The notes below the pieces were generated by a model. That model saw only the letters and a program-made list of their open reading frames with translations, was not told where the DNA came from and searched no databases. A stretch of DNA of 63,129 nt, the filler included, from Guillardia theta CCMP2712 (taxonomy: Eukaryota; Protista; Cryptophyta), in assembly GCF_000315625.1 (NCBI RefSeq). It is 6 parts of 6 records of this genome, joined end to end, with 100 filler letters (N's around TTAATTAATTAA, not from the genome) between each part and the next. Parts side by side here need not be neighbours in the genome. Positions count along the whole stretch, not along the records: positions 1 to 14,493 come from NW_005434607.1; positions 14,594 to 27,305 come from NW_005434300.1; 4 more parts are not named here. The stretch is one strand, 5' to 3'. A program made the position numbers and the translations under genes. Position 1 is the stretch's first letter. Each line of letters starts with the position of its first letter. Below are positions 11,548-24,176 of the stretch, piece after piece.

Positions 11548-13764
11548 ATGGTCTGCTCTGCCCTCTCCCTGAGAAACAGAAATCCAATATCTACCGCGTT
11601 GATTATTCTGCTGCTGGCTGTGGATTCCATCGTTGCGGTTTGCATACACGACAAGATCAAGCATGAGAAGCCTGTGCGCGCTCCGCAAGACTACCCGAGC
11701 ATGTTCCGCAGAGCCAGCTCTCCCAATGTCACAGCGCCCATCCGAATTCAGTTCGACACCACCACCTTGGCGCTTGACCTTGGCAGCTCGTCCTCTTATA
11801 CGTATGTTAAAGGGCTCTTGACCGATGCGGCAGCCATGTTGAGCGCTGCCGTCCGAGTGATCCCGATTCGCGGAAACCTCCTCGTCACCCGTGACTGCAG
11901 GTTGTATTGGGTGACCGGCCAGCACGCCAACGAATGTTCCAGCATTGTGGTGGATCAGAAATGTGGGCCATGGTCGACAGTGTCCAGCTCGCAGAAAGCT
12001 GCGGCAGTCGTGTGGCAGTACAACTCGGGCAGCTGGACGTCAGTGAGCTATGACCAAGGGCAGGGCGTTGAGAACGCTGACTTGCTAGTTTACGTATCCG
12101 CCCATCCTGGGGACCCAACCTGCACGTCTTCCGACACGGCCCTGGCTTACTCGGGAGTTTGTCAACGCGACCAGCTCGACCGACCTGTGGTAGGATACAT
12201 CAACTTCTGCACGAGCACGCTGCAGGACCGAGGCTCCAGCACCCCCTCTCAGTCTGACATAATGATGACAGTCCACGAACTCACACACATCCTAGGTTTC
12301 TCTCGAACCTCCTTTGCGTTCTTTCGTGATGAGAACGGGGACCCAAGGACTCCTCGCTGTCCGGATGCTGCATCTTGCAGCTCCAGCGACACCTCTGGCT
12401 ACCCTCCGTTCTCAGACGCCATCAACAACTACTTGATCTCTGACTCCACGGTTCGTAACAGTCAAGAACGTGGGCTGGTAGTGTCAAGGTTGGTCACGCC
12501 GACTGTCCAGTATGTCTCGAAGCATCACTTCGATTGCGACAGTCTGATAGGAGCAGAGCTTGAAAATGGTGGAGGGACCGGGACGAGACTGAGCCACTGG
12601 GAGAAGCGAGTGTTCATGAATGAGTACATGACTGGGAACACGTATCCTGGCTCAGTGGATGTCTTTTCGAGCTTTTCGTTGGCCCTGCTGCAAGACAGTG
12701 GATGGTACGAGATCGATTTCAATACTGCTAAACACCTCAAGTGGGGTTACAAGCTGGGTTGCAAGTTCGCTTTGGAAAAGTGCGTTCAAAATAACAAGGC
12801 CCAGACTTCGTTCTGTACTGACCCACAGAACGATGGGCTTGTTTGCACTTACCAGCGGGATGCCCTGGGATATTGCGGACTTCATGAGTACTCACAAGAC
12901 TTGGGTGCGCCCTATCAATACTTCGCAGATCGGAAGAAAGGAGGTGATGATCCACTACCAGACTACTGCCCCTTCTATCGACCGTATCAAAACGCTGTCT
13001 GCGAGGACCCACAGATTCCGATCAATCCGGCCTGTGGAGCGAAGGGAACAAGCTGCAGGGGTGGCGAGTATGGGGTGCAGACTGCATGCATTGAATCTAC
13101 CCTGTGGCGCCAGGGCTTTTCAACGACGCAAGGGAACCCCATGGCCGATTGCTACAAGTACCGGTGCTCGAAAAAGAATGGCGCTTTGCAACTAGAGGTC
13201 CGCGGGCCAGATGGAGACTGGTATGTTTGTTCTAAAGGCGTAAACCTTTCCTTCACGGGCTACACCGGAAAGTTGCAGTGCCCCAACTCGTGGGAGCTAT
13301 GCCCGTCTGCTCTCAATGTACCCACAGTGCAGCTCAAACCGATGGACGCAATCTTCGCAACCAATGTGTCAACCGGAAGTGGGCCGTCGAGCTACTGGAT
13401 TGTAAAGTTTGACCAAGACTACATCACCTACCTCGTGAACGGTACCATCATTCTGGCCATCGTTGCTGTTATCGTCACCGTGTCTCAGTACATTTCTAAG
13501 ATGTACAGGAGGAGGAGGCTCGCCATGGCTCCAGAGCAGCCGATGTTCGCAGACAACCAGATACCCATGGCTATTCCCTTCAGCACGCATGCTCCGACTG
13601 CCCCGGCGATGTTTGCAGAGCCACCCAGAGCCATCTTAATGAGCGAACCCGAAATTGCCAGCAGCTCGTCGCCCATGCCCGCTGAGTTTAGAGCTGATAC
13701 CGCCCAAGCATTGAACGAGCAGAGCTCGACAAGAGGGCGCTATCCTGCTCGTGACCCTTGTTAA
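11548..13764 (+). CDS. leishmanolysin/GP63-like zinc metalloprotease (peptidase M8), type I membrane
   Basis: Signal peptide, HELTHILGF (HExxH), third ligand in LSHWEKR, Met-turn EYMTG, ALLQDSGWY, WGYKLGC, DYCPF, Cys-rich region and TM IILAIVAVIVTV followed by RRRR; single uninterrupted ORF. Confidence 0.95.
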   Translation: MVCSALSLRNRNPISTALIILLLAVDSIVAVCIHDKIKHEKPVRAPQDYPSMFRRASSPNVTAPIRIQFDTTTLALDLGSSSSYTYVKGLLTDAAAMLSAAVRVIPIRGNLLVTRDCRLYWVTGQHANECSSIVVDQKCGPWSTVSSSQKAAAVVWQYNSGSWTSVSYDQGQGVENADLLVYVSAHPGDPTCTSSDTALAYSGVCQRDQLDRPVVGYINFCTSTLQDRGSSTPSQSDIMMTVHELTHILGFSRTSFAFFRDENGDPRTPRCPDAASCSSSDTSGYPPFSDAINNYLISDSTVRNSQERGLVVSRLVTPTVQYVSKHHFDCDSLIGAELENGGGTGTRLSHWEKRVFMNEYMTGNTYPGSVDVFSSFSLALLQDSGWYEIDFNTAKHLKWGYKLGCKFALEKCVQNNKAQTSFCTDPQNDGLVCTYQRDALGYCGLHEYSQDLGAPYQYFADRKKGGDDPLPDYCPFYRPYQNAVCEDPQIPINPACGAKGTSCRGGEYGVQTACIESTLWRQGFSTTQGNPMADCYKYRCSKKNGALQLEVRGPDGDWYVCSKGVNLSFTGYTGKLQCPNSWELCPSALNVPTVQLKPMDAIFATNVSTGSGPSSYWIVKFDQDYITYLVNGTIILAIVAVIVTVSQYISKMYRRRRLAMAPEQPMFADNQIPMAIPFSTHAPTAPAMFAEPPRAILMSEPEIASSSSPMPAEFRADTAQALNEQSSTRGRYPARDPC

Positions 13765-14766
13765 GGGTCCGGACGGATGTCCCTGGCAACTTGAAGACAG
13801 GGCCCCTTTGACAGGATCGTGCGATTGGCTAACTTAATCATGCCGGGCAACGCTCAGAGGCAGAACCAGGCAGCAGTGTTTGTTTTTTTATATTATTTAC
13901 TTACTGTGATCCATTACATACAAGTTGACAATGCTGAACCTCAAGTTTGCACTTGTTGGATTTCAAAATGCATGTCATGATTGGTGTCAAGTTTACATGA
14001 CCCGGTTCAACAGTTGGGCCGCTCCAAGACTCAGAGAGTCGGGCCGACCGGGACTCGCTGGGGCCCGGGATGCGGCTGAGCACTCAGCCAGTGACTCTAG
14101 TATGCCCGGGATCGTACTCGTACCTTCCTTTACTCAAAGTTAAGTACCTTCACTGAACTTCGAGTAAACTCAGTTGCATATGAAACTCTGAATGAGTCTC
14201 CGAGCCCGGGCGCGAACGGCCGCCGGCCGTTGTAATGATCCGTTTGACCTTGACTTTTTTTTAACAAAAAAGTTTTTTATTATCTCTTTTTAAAAGTCAA
14301 AAAATCTCAAAGTTGGCCCTTGATAAAAACAAAGATGCAAGCTGGACTGCAGAGGAGAGAGACGGGAGAGGAGAGGGGAGGGAGGAGAGGAGAGGGGGAG
14401 GGGGAGGAGAGGGGGAGGGGGAGGAGAGGGAGAGGGAGAGGGGGAGGGGAGGAGGAGGGGAGGGGAGGGAGGGAGGAGGGGAGAGTAGGGGGANNNNNNN
14501 NNNNNNNNNNNNNNNNNNNNNNNNNNNNNNNNNNNNNTTAATTAATTAANNNNNNNNNNNNNNNNNNNNNNNNNNNNNNNNNNNNNNNNNNNNAGGGAGA
14601 GGGAGAGGGAGAGGGAGAGGGAGAGGGAGAGGGAGAGGGAGAAAGAAATGAGAAGACAGGGAAGGGGAAGAGAGGGAGGGAGGGAGCAGGGGCAAGGGTG
14701 AGCGGGGCCGGGCAGAAAAGCAAGGGGGATCTATAGGGAGGGAGAGGGAAAGGGGAGGCTCTACAG

Positions 14767-16322
14767 TCAACGCGGTACTCGCGTTGTCACCTTATCGGCC
14801 GTGAGCTCGTTGCCAAGTAGGGTGTAGATGGTGAAGGTAGCAAGAGCAACCAGGATAGGAGAGGCGTCCATCAGGGCCCTGTTGAGGGAAAGGAGGACAG
14901 CTGAGTTGCGGATAGCCTTTGCTTCTGACTGCCGTATGACATGCAGCTTCTTCTCTACCTCCTTCTCCCACGCTGAAAGCTTCACCGTCCGGATGCCCTC
15001 CAGGGTAGTCCCGACCTGCGCGCGGGGTCAGAGAGACGTCGGGGACGGTGGAGGACAACAATCTTCAGGCGGAGATCAGAGTACTTGAGTGTCTCCGACC
15101 GGAATTTCTCGCTGCATCTTGCGATGTAAGATTGAAGAGGGATCAGTACGATGGTAAGAATGATCCCAGCCGTCGCTGAGAAACCCAGAATGCTGAGCAG
15201 CATGCCAATCACCCAAGAGGCAGTGAAAGGAGCGCTCCAGATGTTGTGCCCGAATAGAATGAACTCCTGACCAAGGGGGGGAGGGAAGTCTCAGCAAAGA
15301 AGCCTTGTGCACAGCTGCGGTAGAGCTGTGGTCCTCCCTGTCCGTTCCTCCGTCTCCCCTTCCCAACTCTTTACCCCAACTACATCATGCCTTCTCCTCC
15401 TTACTCTTCCCTCCTCCTCCTCCTCCTCCTCATCCTCATCATCACCCATGGAGACCAAACACAACCCCATCAGACTGCATGCACCTGAATTTTCGCAGAA
15501 TCCTTCGTCATCAGATTTGTCAGTTGACCACTGGAGATGTCCTGAATGAACAAATCACCTCTCAAACCAACACCTCACCCCAACAACAAGCAGCCCCGCC
15601 TCAATCATCCTCTCCTCACCAACTCACCTGTATCGAGCTGCTCTGCAAGCGGAGAACTTTACCAAAGACAAGGTTCATCACCGTCGAACGAGCGAATGCT
15701 CCGCATTCGAAGCAGAGCCCGATGTAGTGTTGGAGACACAGGCTCTGGAAGACAGCGGCCACGAGCATGAGAAAGGCGATGATGTATCCTTCAGTGTACG
15801 AGTGATGATGGGCTGCTGCAAACACGGTGGACTGATCAGACAGGTACTTGAGCATCTGGTTCATCAGCAGCGGCGACGCCATGGAGCCCAGCTCTGAGCA
15901 CAGCCGCAGGAAGCCACACCTGCTCACAGAGATCAGCAGCAAGAACCTCGTCCTACTGCACTCAGGAAAGAAGCCTTGTCCTAATGGCTGAGCAAGGAAC
16001 CCTCGTCCTACTGCACTCACCATGCGTACAGTGCGAGCAGTTTCGATCCTTTCATCATCTCCCATAGTCGACTATGGTGAGCGATCGGTCGGGCCCAGTC
16101 CTCAGAGCTGTACCCGGCCGGCAGCGTCCACAGATCTTCTTGATCCAGATCGCGACGACGAGAGGTCTGGAGCAGTTCGTTGTACCATGAGAAGAAGAGC
16201 AAGGACAGGAAGGATCGGTCTCCGCTCCTCGGAAGAGGACCAGGATGCAGATGCTTGCCCCCCTGCTCCTCATCGTCGACCAGCGGCTTGAACCATGACG
16301 GGGCCCAGTTCGGGAGTTTCAT
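14767..16322 (-). CDS. ABC transporter C family (MRP-like), N-terminal transmembrane domain; remainder lost at gap
   Basis: Exons encode SFLSLLFFSWYNELL..DLDQEDLWTLP, ASPLLMNQML, RSTVMNLVFGKVLRL, IWSAPF, LTIVLIPLQ..LKYSDLRLK, GIRTVKLSAWE and SPILVALATFTIYTLLGNELTADK, typical of ABCC TMD1. Confidence 0.88.
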
Positions 16323-18737
16323 CCTGCTGTGTCCGTGATCTCACAGACACTTCATTAAGCTCCGAGAAATCTCTGCGGCGATTGAATCTGATGCAAGATG
16401 ATCAGGCACAGAAAGCAGAACTACCCATCTGCATCCATCAGTTGCCATTGCCCTAAAATTTTCTTCGACTTTCCTCCAACTACAGCAACCGAAGCTATCC
16501 TCTTCTTCATGTACACATCCCCCCTAAACTTCAAGATCTTCTCAGCATCCCCCCAGCCCTCTCTCCTACCCGCTCTACGTCCATTCCTGCTACTCGTTCA
16601 ACCCGTCCCCCTCTTTCTCCCTCCTACAATGATATACGCTGGTCAAAACCCTGGTCAAACATATAGTGACCGCCCTAATGTATCAGCAATACTCTGTAAT
16701 GTATAAATACTCCGAGTCTCCCCGGGCGGGCCGCCTGCCGCCGCCGCCTTCACTACTCGCGTCCCCGGGCCCGGGCCGAGTGCTCCCGGCCGCGGCAGGC
16801 AGTAAAGCACGCACGTCCGGTCCCGACTGTGCCAGTAAAAAAAGAAAAACCATTTTTATCTCTTGCTGGTTACACCCCTCACGAAAGAAACGTGGAAAAG
16901 ACAGGGGTCTGTGGACCGAGGGGGTACCTCGGCTTTTACCGTATAATATTGCCAATCCTGGATCTCTTGAGATTGAGTAAAGCTTTAGTCACCAGTGGAC
17001 ATGACAGCCGTGACGGCCAAGATTCCCCCTGTTTACTACTCTGAAAGTCCGGTACCAGCTTACCGTTGCCGGAGCACCGGTGGATAAAAATCAAAAATTG
17101 ATGAGCAGTAAAGTACTGAATGGAGCCAATGTGTCTTGAAACGATGTGTCTATGAGATCTTTCGGAGCTCCGGTGGACAGCAAATCTTTGAAACGACTGT
17201 TTATCAAATCCCATCGAAAAAGAAAAGCTCTACTGTTTTTGGATGCTGTTTTTTTTCGATTTCTTTCTGATCTTTTTAACAAGGGATTCATCAATAACCG
17301 CGAAATTGTAGGAGCAATATTGAAAGAAGGGGCTTTCTGCTCAAAAGTTTGAGAACAGAACTGTCTATATCCCTCGGAAGGTTGCTAAACCGATTTTACC
17401 TTATCCTCCTGCCATGCGCCGGTAATCTCAAGACGACGTTTCGGAGCCCCGACTAAAAAAAGTTTTACTCAAGTAATTAAAAATCCGCCTTCTTGTAAAG
17501 TACTAAGAGTCTTGATAGAAGATAGAATCGCTGCCCTCGATCTGTCTCTATCTTTCTTGTGCATGTCGGTTACGTGGATCATTGCTGACAGGCGTTTTGA
17601 CTCGTCGGCTATTTGACATGGGGTGGGTGGGGGTGGTCGAAGTTTCCGCCAGTGCAAGAAACAAGACACCTAGTCTGAGGTGAAAAAGAGGGGTACGCAA
17701 AGGTCAGCGATTCGTGTCACGTCCACAAAACTAGTCCTTGAATCGGGTATTTCCGGGACAGGGGGTCATCGAAACATGGTAGGGTCATATGACCCACCCC
17801 TCAAAATGATTCATTCCCTTTCACCAACACTATCTACACCCCTTGATACATCGAGTTGATCACCCTGCCAACCCCACCAATCGGAGAGGCCTAGTCATTG
17901 GTATTGGATGGTACATTTCTTGAATTGCACCCTTTGATCCGTCACCCCGGGATTATTCCTTATTTGAGTAGGTAGGGTCCAGCGCATTCGGTGATCCGGA
18001 GTTTGTCAAGGGGGTGGGTAGTGAGTCATGGCTTCTTTACCGTGTAGTAACGTGTTGATGAAATTTACTGATAGCCTCAACGCAAAGTTGGCGTGCAAGG
18101 GGTCGATGCAATCTCCGGTCCACGAGGAACAGCTCGCAGGTGATTACTTTTCCCCTTCAGATATTGAATTTTACATTGCACATACTGCACCTAGAGGAAG
18201 CAGTCGGGAGGATGCCCCAAGGGTCTCAGCCAAGGCCTGTCAACCTGCGTTGGAATATTTACAAGTACGTGACCAAGAGGCTGACAGAAACATCTCGAGG
18301 GGTACTCTGTATCACGGGGGTCTTTAGGTGGTAAAGTGAGGGGTCCTTCAGGGACCGCGGAGGACCGGAAGCCCATCTCCGTCCTCTCACCGCAGCCTCC
18401 TCAAGCACCCCCCACCCCTTCCTCTTCCCCTACTTCACCTCCTTCCCCTCCTCTCTCAACCCCCCGCCCTCTTGTCTTGCCTTGTCAGTTCCCTGTACGC
18501 CTCCCATCGCCTGTCCTCGTTTGCGCCTCTGCTCCAGTTCCTCCCCTCCCCTCCTCGTCATCTCCCGATCCTCTTGCCAGTTGCGGAGTAGATAGCTGTG
18601 CTGTGCACTACAACCTGCCCTCTACTGCTGCTCCGCATTTGCATCTTGCTCCTGCGAATCTCGATCCGTCAACCGAGTGTATCCTGAGCTCATTTCCGGA
18701 GCTCACAGCTGAAAACTTGTCCTGGTTCCTGGTCTTG

Positions 18738-20270
18738 ATGATCGCCTCGTCTGCATCCATCGCTCCTCAGAACCAGCAACTTGCTGAGCTGTACAAGGCT
18801 CTAGAGATGTTCAAGAACAACCCGACGACTCAGGTGAACAGACTGATGTTGATCGATGCGCTCGTGCTGCTCTGACGATCTTTCCTCCTACAGGGATGTG
18901 CCATGAAAGAGAGTTCTTCGCAATCGTCCACCCTGCCCAGCAGCCCTTCGACTTCAGAAAGCGATTTCCAAGGAGTCAAGCGCAAAGCGGACTCTCTCAA
19001 TGCTGACGGGCGGCGAGCAAGCGATGCAAGCAAGAGGAATGCGAGAGGAAGGACGTATGAGTCCGCACTGTCTTGCTGACATGTGCTGACGGTGGGCTTG
19101 CAGGCGCTCGGCGGTCCTGGAGGAGCATCTTTCATGAGATTGCTGGAGCAGCTGGAGAGAGACGGAATCGTGAAGCGTCACTTTGGGGATGTGCCAAAAC
19201 GGCTTGGAGGTAACAGATTGACTTTGAATCTTGCCTGGCGTAATCTTGGGTCAAAGGTGTTTGCGGTTGGACAGTGTTCGATGACAAGATGGAAGAGTGG
19301 TCCAAGAGAAGGCAGGCATGGTTCATGGAAGGCAAGGAAGGGAAAACCTACAAGCCGAACTCCCTGTTTCAAATCTTGCGCCGTCTTGGGTTCTTTCCGA
19401 CTGAGGTAAGCAGAGTTAAAACTTGTTCGCCGTCCCTTGTTGACGTCGGTTTCTAGAGCACAAAGAGAGCCAGCCATGGCCTCGACTTTGAAGGCAGCAG
19501 GACATTTGCGTGGGACGGGTGAGTTGGCTGCATGAGTTTGCTGTAGATGCTTACTCATGGCCCTGTAGGAGCCGACACGTCAAGTACGTGCAGTCTAAGG
19601 CGGAGCAAGAGAGAAATGGCCGATTGTTCCGAGGCGACAAAGACGTGCCCGTCACAGAAATTTCTGTGAGAAGATTCCTGCTTCTCCGTTGCAGGTGTTG
19701 ACCTTTCTTCAGGACAACAATCAGAAACAAACCTTGCCATCGATTGCGAAAATCGAGCACGAATCGTTGATGGTATACAGATCACGATCTATTGGTGTGC
19801 TGAATGATTGACTCCTGGTGTTCAGCCCTCCATTAGCGCTAATGGAATCTCTCACAAATCCGACATTCAAACGGCCGATGTGAAACCAGGGCAAGCTTTC
19901 GATTGGAGTCTAGGATTGCAATCAAACTTCAACCCTGCAAACCAAGCTTCGACCATGATTAGCCAGCAAATCCTCCAACTGCTACAGCAGCAGCAGCATC
20001 AGCAGCAGCAACAGGTTCGGTTGCATTGAGTTTGGAGATATCTATGTCTGACGCTATATTTACAGCACCTGTTTCTTCTCAGTCAGCAACAGCAGCAGCA
20101 GCAGTACAACCACCTGCTCAATGGTCAAGGAAGAATCAGGTTGATATCTCTTCATCTGTGCTACTCCCAAGTTCTGACTATTTTCAAGGATTGCTGCACT
20201 TGCTCCTAAGGCGGTAGACCAATGGATGCCTGCTACACAACTTCCCTCGTTTGAGACCTCGCTACAGTAG
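18738..20270 (+). CDS. spliced Q-rich protein with possible divergent HSF-like DNA-binding domain
   Basis: Series of short GT-AG introns. Exons give KRKAD (NLS-like), SFMRLLEQLE..GWTVFD..KTYKPNSLFQILRRLGFFP and a polyQ C-terminal part. Confidence 0.5.
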
Positions 20271-20373
20271 AGCTTGAACAACCTTCTTTAATGTTCAATG
20301 TGTACACTAAGTTTTGATTGTTTTGCTACATCACTATGTTGGTTGATTACTTTAATGAAAAATCTGTATACCC

Positions 20374-21252
20374 TCATGTACACAGGCTGCCCTTGTTATC
20401 ACCCTCCATACCGGCTCGCTCCTCCAGCCGTTGCAAGGCTATCAGAGCATTCTGTTTTGGTTCCTTCCTGTCAGGAGAAATCAGCAACATCGTTGTCTGC
20501 ATCAGCGCATGATGAGTTGCGCTGATGCTGAGAAGGCTGACATCGGAAACTCACGTGCAGTCAAGCACAATAACATCGGTCAAGTCACTGGGCCTGCCGA
20601 ACTCCAGGTAGCGCTTATAAACATACTCGTTGAAGTACCTGCAAGGGGCCCAGCAAAAGAGAGTCACCCGAAGTCTTCCACTACAAGCTGAATGCAAAGT
20701 TTTGAGATATGAGTTTGTTCCTGACTTACAATTTGTATTCCTCGAACGACACCCCTTTTTCCTTGTAGGATCTTTTCCCCAGATGACTTCGCTCCCATTT
20801 CCTCCTTGCAAGCTCTCCAGGCAGCATGTTTGAATCATCCAAGTAGACAATATCTGTAAGATGTCTACGAACTATGTCACGGCATTGCAGCCTGTAAAGT
20901 CTCGTCAAGTTCCTTGCAGAATCGCAGCACGCCCTCACAGGAAACTGTCAACAATCACTGCCTGCCTCTGCTGTTCCTCAGCCGCCCGCCTTCCTGCAGA
21001 GATTTCCTTCTCCAACTTGCTCCAGTCAAGAGCATCGGGATGGTTAGTGTCCTCCCTCTTGCTCGCTAGAGCCTGCGGCACGCCCTCGTCGGGCCACAGG
21101 TGCGTGAGGTCTAGCCGAGGGCACTGATGAGCGGGAAGGAAACACTTGTCTCCTTCCACAACCTCAGCGCCCAGCAACTTTGCAAGCTCTTCGCTCAAAC
21201 ATGATTTCCCTGTTCCAGTGCACCCAACCACTCCAACAATTCTCACGGCCAT
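20374..21252 (-). CDS. P-loop kinase, nicotinamide riboside kinase / uridine kinase-like
   Basis: IVGVVGCTGTGKS Walker A at the N-terminus, GDKCF, NHPDALDW, VIVDSFL, ARRKWER lid and YFNEYVYKRY; several short introns. Confidence 0.75.
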
Positions 21253-23302
21253 GAGCAAAGTGAGCTTGAAGTCCTTCCTCGGGGCGAGATAGCGATGCGG
21301 CCTTCCGCTCCTAGCAGACGATGGGCGATACCTGGAGGGAGGAGGATGGATAGAGTGGAGAGGACACAAGAGAACTGGGGTGAGGAAGGAGGGGGAAGGA
21401 GGGGAGGAGGAGGAGGGGAGGAGGAGGAGGGGAGGGGAGACCATCGCCGTACACCAGCATTAAAATTTAGGAGGCAGTTGCGAGCCGGCCGCCGTTTGGG
21501 GGACAGCAGTTGGCAGGATTAGGTTTGGTTCTCGCTGTCTTTTCTCTTCTCGCCGTTTGGCCTGTGCGACAGTGTCAGGGTCAAGCCTCCTCGACTCTCC
21601 TGATTGTCCTCGTACTGATTTTTAACTTAACTTTGAGTAAAGTGCCCGCCCGAGCCTGAGTGCTTCCTGAGCGGCTACTTCGGATTCTCGGAGACTCGAA
21701 GCCCCGCCCGGCCGCCGGCCCGCCGGGCCGGGCCGCCGACTCTGATCCGACCACGTGACTCTGACCCGCCGACCGTACGGTCCGATCACTGTGACCGCCG
21801 TGCCAGCGGCCGGGCTGCGGCCGCCGCAGTGCCGCCGCAGTGCACGGTCATCCGGCGGGTCACCAGTGCCGCGCGTTCCAAGTTCCGGTACGGTACCGTA
21901 TGACCGCCGTTCGAGTCACCGTGGCTGTACTACTACTAACTAGTAAGTTCCTCAGTTCGCCCCCCCGGCGCCGGGCCGGGCAACGCGGCTGCCGCAGCCA
22001 GTCACTGAGTGCCGCAGCAGGCGGGCCTCGGCGATGATCGCCGCCCGGCGGGGTCAGGGAGTCCGGGCCGCGACTCCCGGGCGCACGGCACTGCAGTCGG
22101 AGCCAAACAACTTGACTGGCACCTTCGTATCTACTCTCATGATTGTCCTCGAGTCGTACTGATTTCAAGTTAACTTTGAGTAAAGAAAGTCAGCGAGAGA
22201 GTCACGATGATCCTAGGTCCTTCAGTACTCAACTCGAAGTTAAGTTAAAAAGCTTGTCCCTGAGGTTGTAAATCATTATTCAACCGCGAGTTCTGAGTAT
22301 GGCCTAAATATCATGATTTGATTTCAACATTTGTCTAAGATATTGGTGTGACTTGAAATGACTTCAGTCGGTCTGAAGAAAGGCTGTTTGCCGCTACTAG
22401 TAGCTCAACCGCGTGACCGTCTACTACCTTCCAACGGTGCTGAGTACCACCGGTGGTAGTCAAAAATCAAGGGGGGTTCCTGAGCAATTACCGTACCCCT
22501 TCAGTTATTACTGAATTCTCTGGCAAAGGGAGGGGTAAAAAGTTACTCAGCCGAAAGCTGCCTCACTGGCACCCCTGCACTTGTGGTGGGTGGGTACAAT
22601 GGGTGGGTTGTCCGCGGAATTCCAAGGACTCACTTAGTAGTGCTACTAGATATGGCAAGGGTACGGTGGGGTCCACCAGCGAAAGTTCACCACTAAGAGG
22701 GGGTGGGGTGGTCAAGGTGACCCTGTGACTTCCGTTCACTGTCAACAGATCATGATGTATTTTACTTCACATTGAGGGGGTGGGTACTAGCCTAGGGTGA
22801 CTTTTGACGGAAGGATCTGTGTACAGGGGGTAGGGTGACAAACAGTGTCCGGGTACCACCGGTGGTCAGGCTCCGAAAGTTCAGCGGGAGGACAAAAAAT
22901 CAACTAGTCACACTACAGGGGTAGTCCTTAGATTGACTGAAAGTAAAAAATCAGGGTGGGTAGTGCTGAGAACGGGGTGCTGTACCACAGAATTCATGGC
23001 ATAGGTAGGGGTACATAGGAGCTCTGGGGGGTAGTGAGTCGATGTTAAGATCGATCGACCTCGAAGTGTACCTCCTTGCAGTCCTTTTGAAAGTTTACTG
23101 ACATTCCCCACGTACTGCCTTCCTCCTCCGCCTCCTCCGCCTCCTCCGCCTCCTCCGCCTCCTCCGCCTCCTCCTCCTTCGGATCCTCCTCGGGCTCCTG
23201 GACGCCTTAGTTTGCTCAGTCTTCAGGTCAACATCCTCCAAGACTCTCCCTCTCTTGAACGTGCATAGCGGATTCTCGACATACATTTTTCTCTCCAAAT
23301 GG

Positions 23303-24176
23303 TACCAGCAGATTGATTTCATGGAGGTCTTTTAAATTTTAGCATTGCACTGCTGCGGTTTTTATCGAATCATTGCAAGACACTCGCCGTCGAGGAATGT
23401 AGACCACACTGAAGACCATTCACACGAAAGGCCTATATTTTGACTCTGTTCGTAAAAACGATGATTTCTACGTACAATACAACAATAAATCTATTACACT
23501 ACTAAAATTAAATATATTCCTATAGCTGTACAATGCTAATAATATCCAAATAAAAACACTTGAGAAACACAATGACAAAATTTCTATTAAAATTATGTTC
23601 AATAAATATTAATTGCCCATTACATTTCTCTTACAATTACAAAAAATCTATTTCAATAAATATTATTTCTAATTAAATTATGTTCAATAAATATTAATTG
23701 CCCTATCAATGTAAATTAATGCTGCGGTGTGGTGCATAAATTACACAATGTAAAACGGCGGTATAGCATGAGCAAAGCGAATGCTATGATGAGCACGCAG
23801 TGCTCATCTATTCCATTGCAACTTGTGCTACACTTGTTATTCCTATTACACTCGCAAACCCTTGATTACAAGTATTCAGTCGTCCTGAACTGTATAATGG
23901 AGCGTATCATAACACAGAAATAACAGAATAAACAGCGGTAACGCACGTAAGTGCGTGGGCCGAAGGCCTATCCCTGTTGAAACATGCTAACCATATATAT
24001 TTCTTGATGATTTTGTGATTATTTTTCTTTTAAGTTAAATCTGAAATTTAGTAGTGTTAATATATATTTGTTAATTATACATTCCTCGACGGCGAGTGTC
24101 TTGCAATGATTCGATAAAAACCGCAGCAGTGCAATGCTAAAATTTAAAAGACCTCCATGAAATCAATCTGCTGGTA
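23303..24176. mobile_element. non-autonomous TIR DNA transposon (MITE-like)
   Basis: Perfect ~99-bp terminal inverted repeats (23303-23401 / 24078-24176) flanked by CCAAATGG at 23295-23302 and 24177-24184; no transposase ORF. Confidence 0.88.

Noticed and set aside
14538-14549. TTAATTAATTAA recurring at 14538, 27350, 44436, 52519 and 59983
   Set aside because: Always centred in N-runs and has stops in all six frames; it is scaffolding filler, not biology
14313-14770. ABCC gene as a genuinely truncated half-transporter
   Set aside because: It ends at an unsized assembly gap, so the missing NBD/TMD2 exons are probably unassembled
15940-16022. ~18-bp direct repeat near the first ABCC intron as evidence of intron gain by duplication
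   Set aside because: A more plausible acceptor lies further downstream (giving LYAW-CGFLR), so both copies are probably intronic
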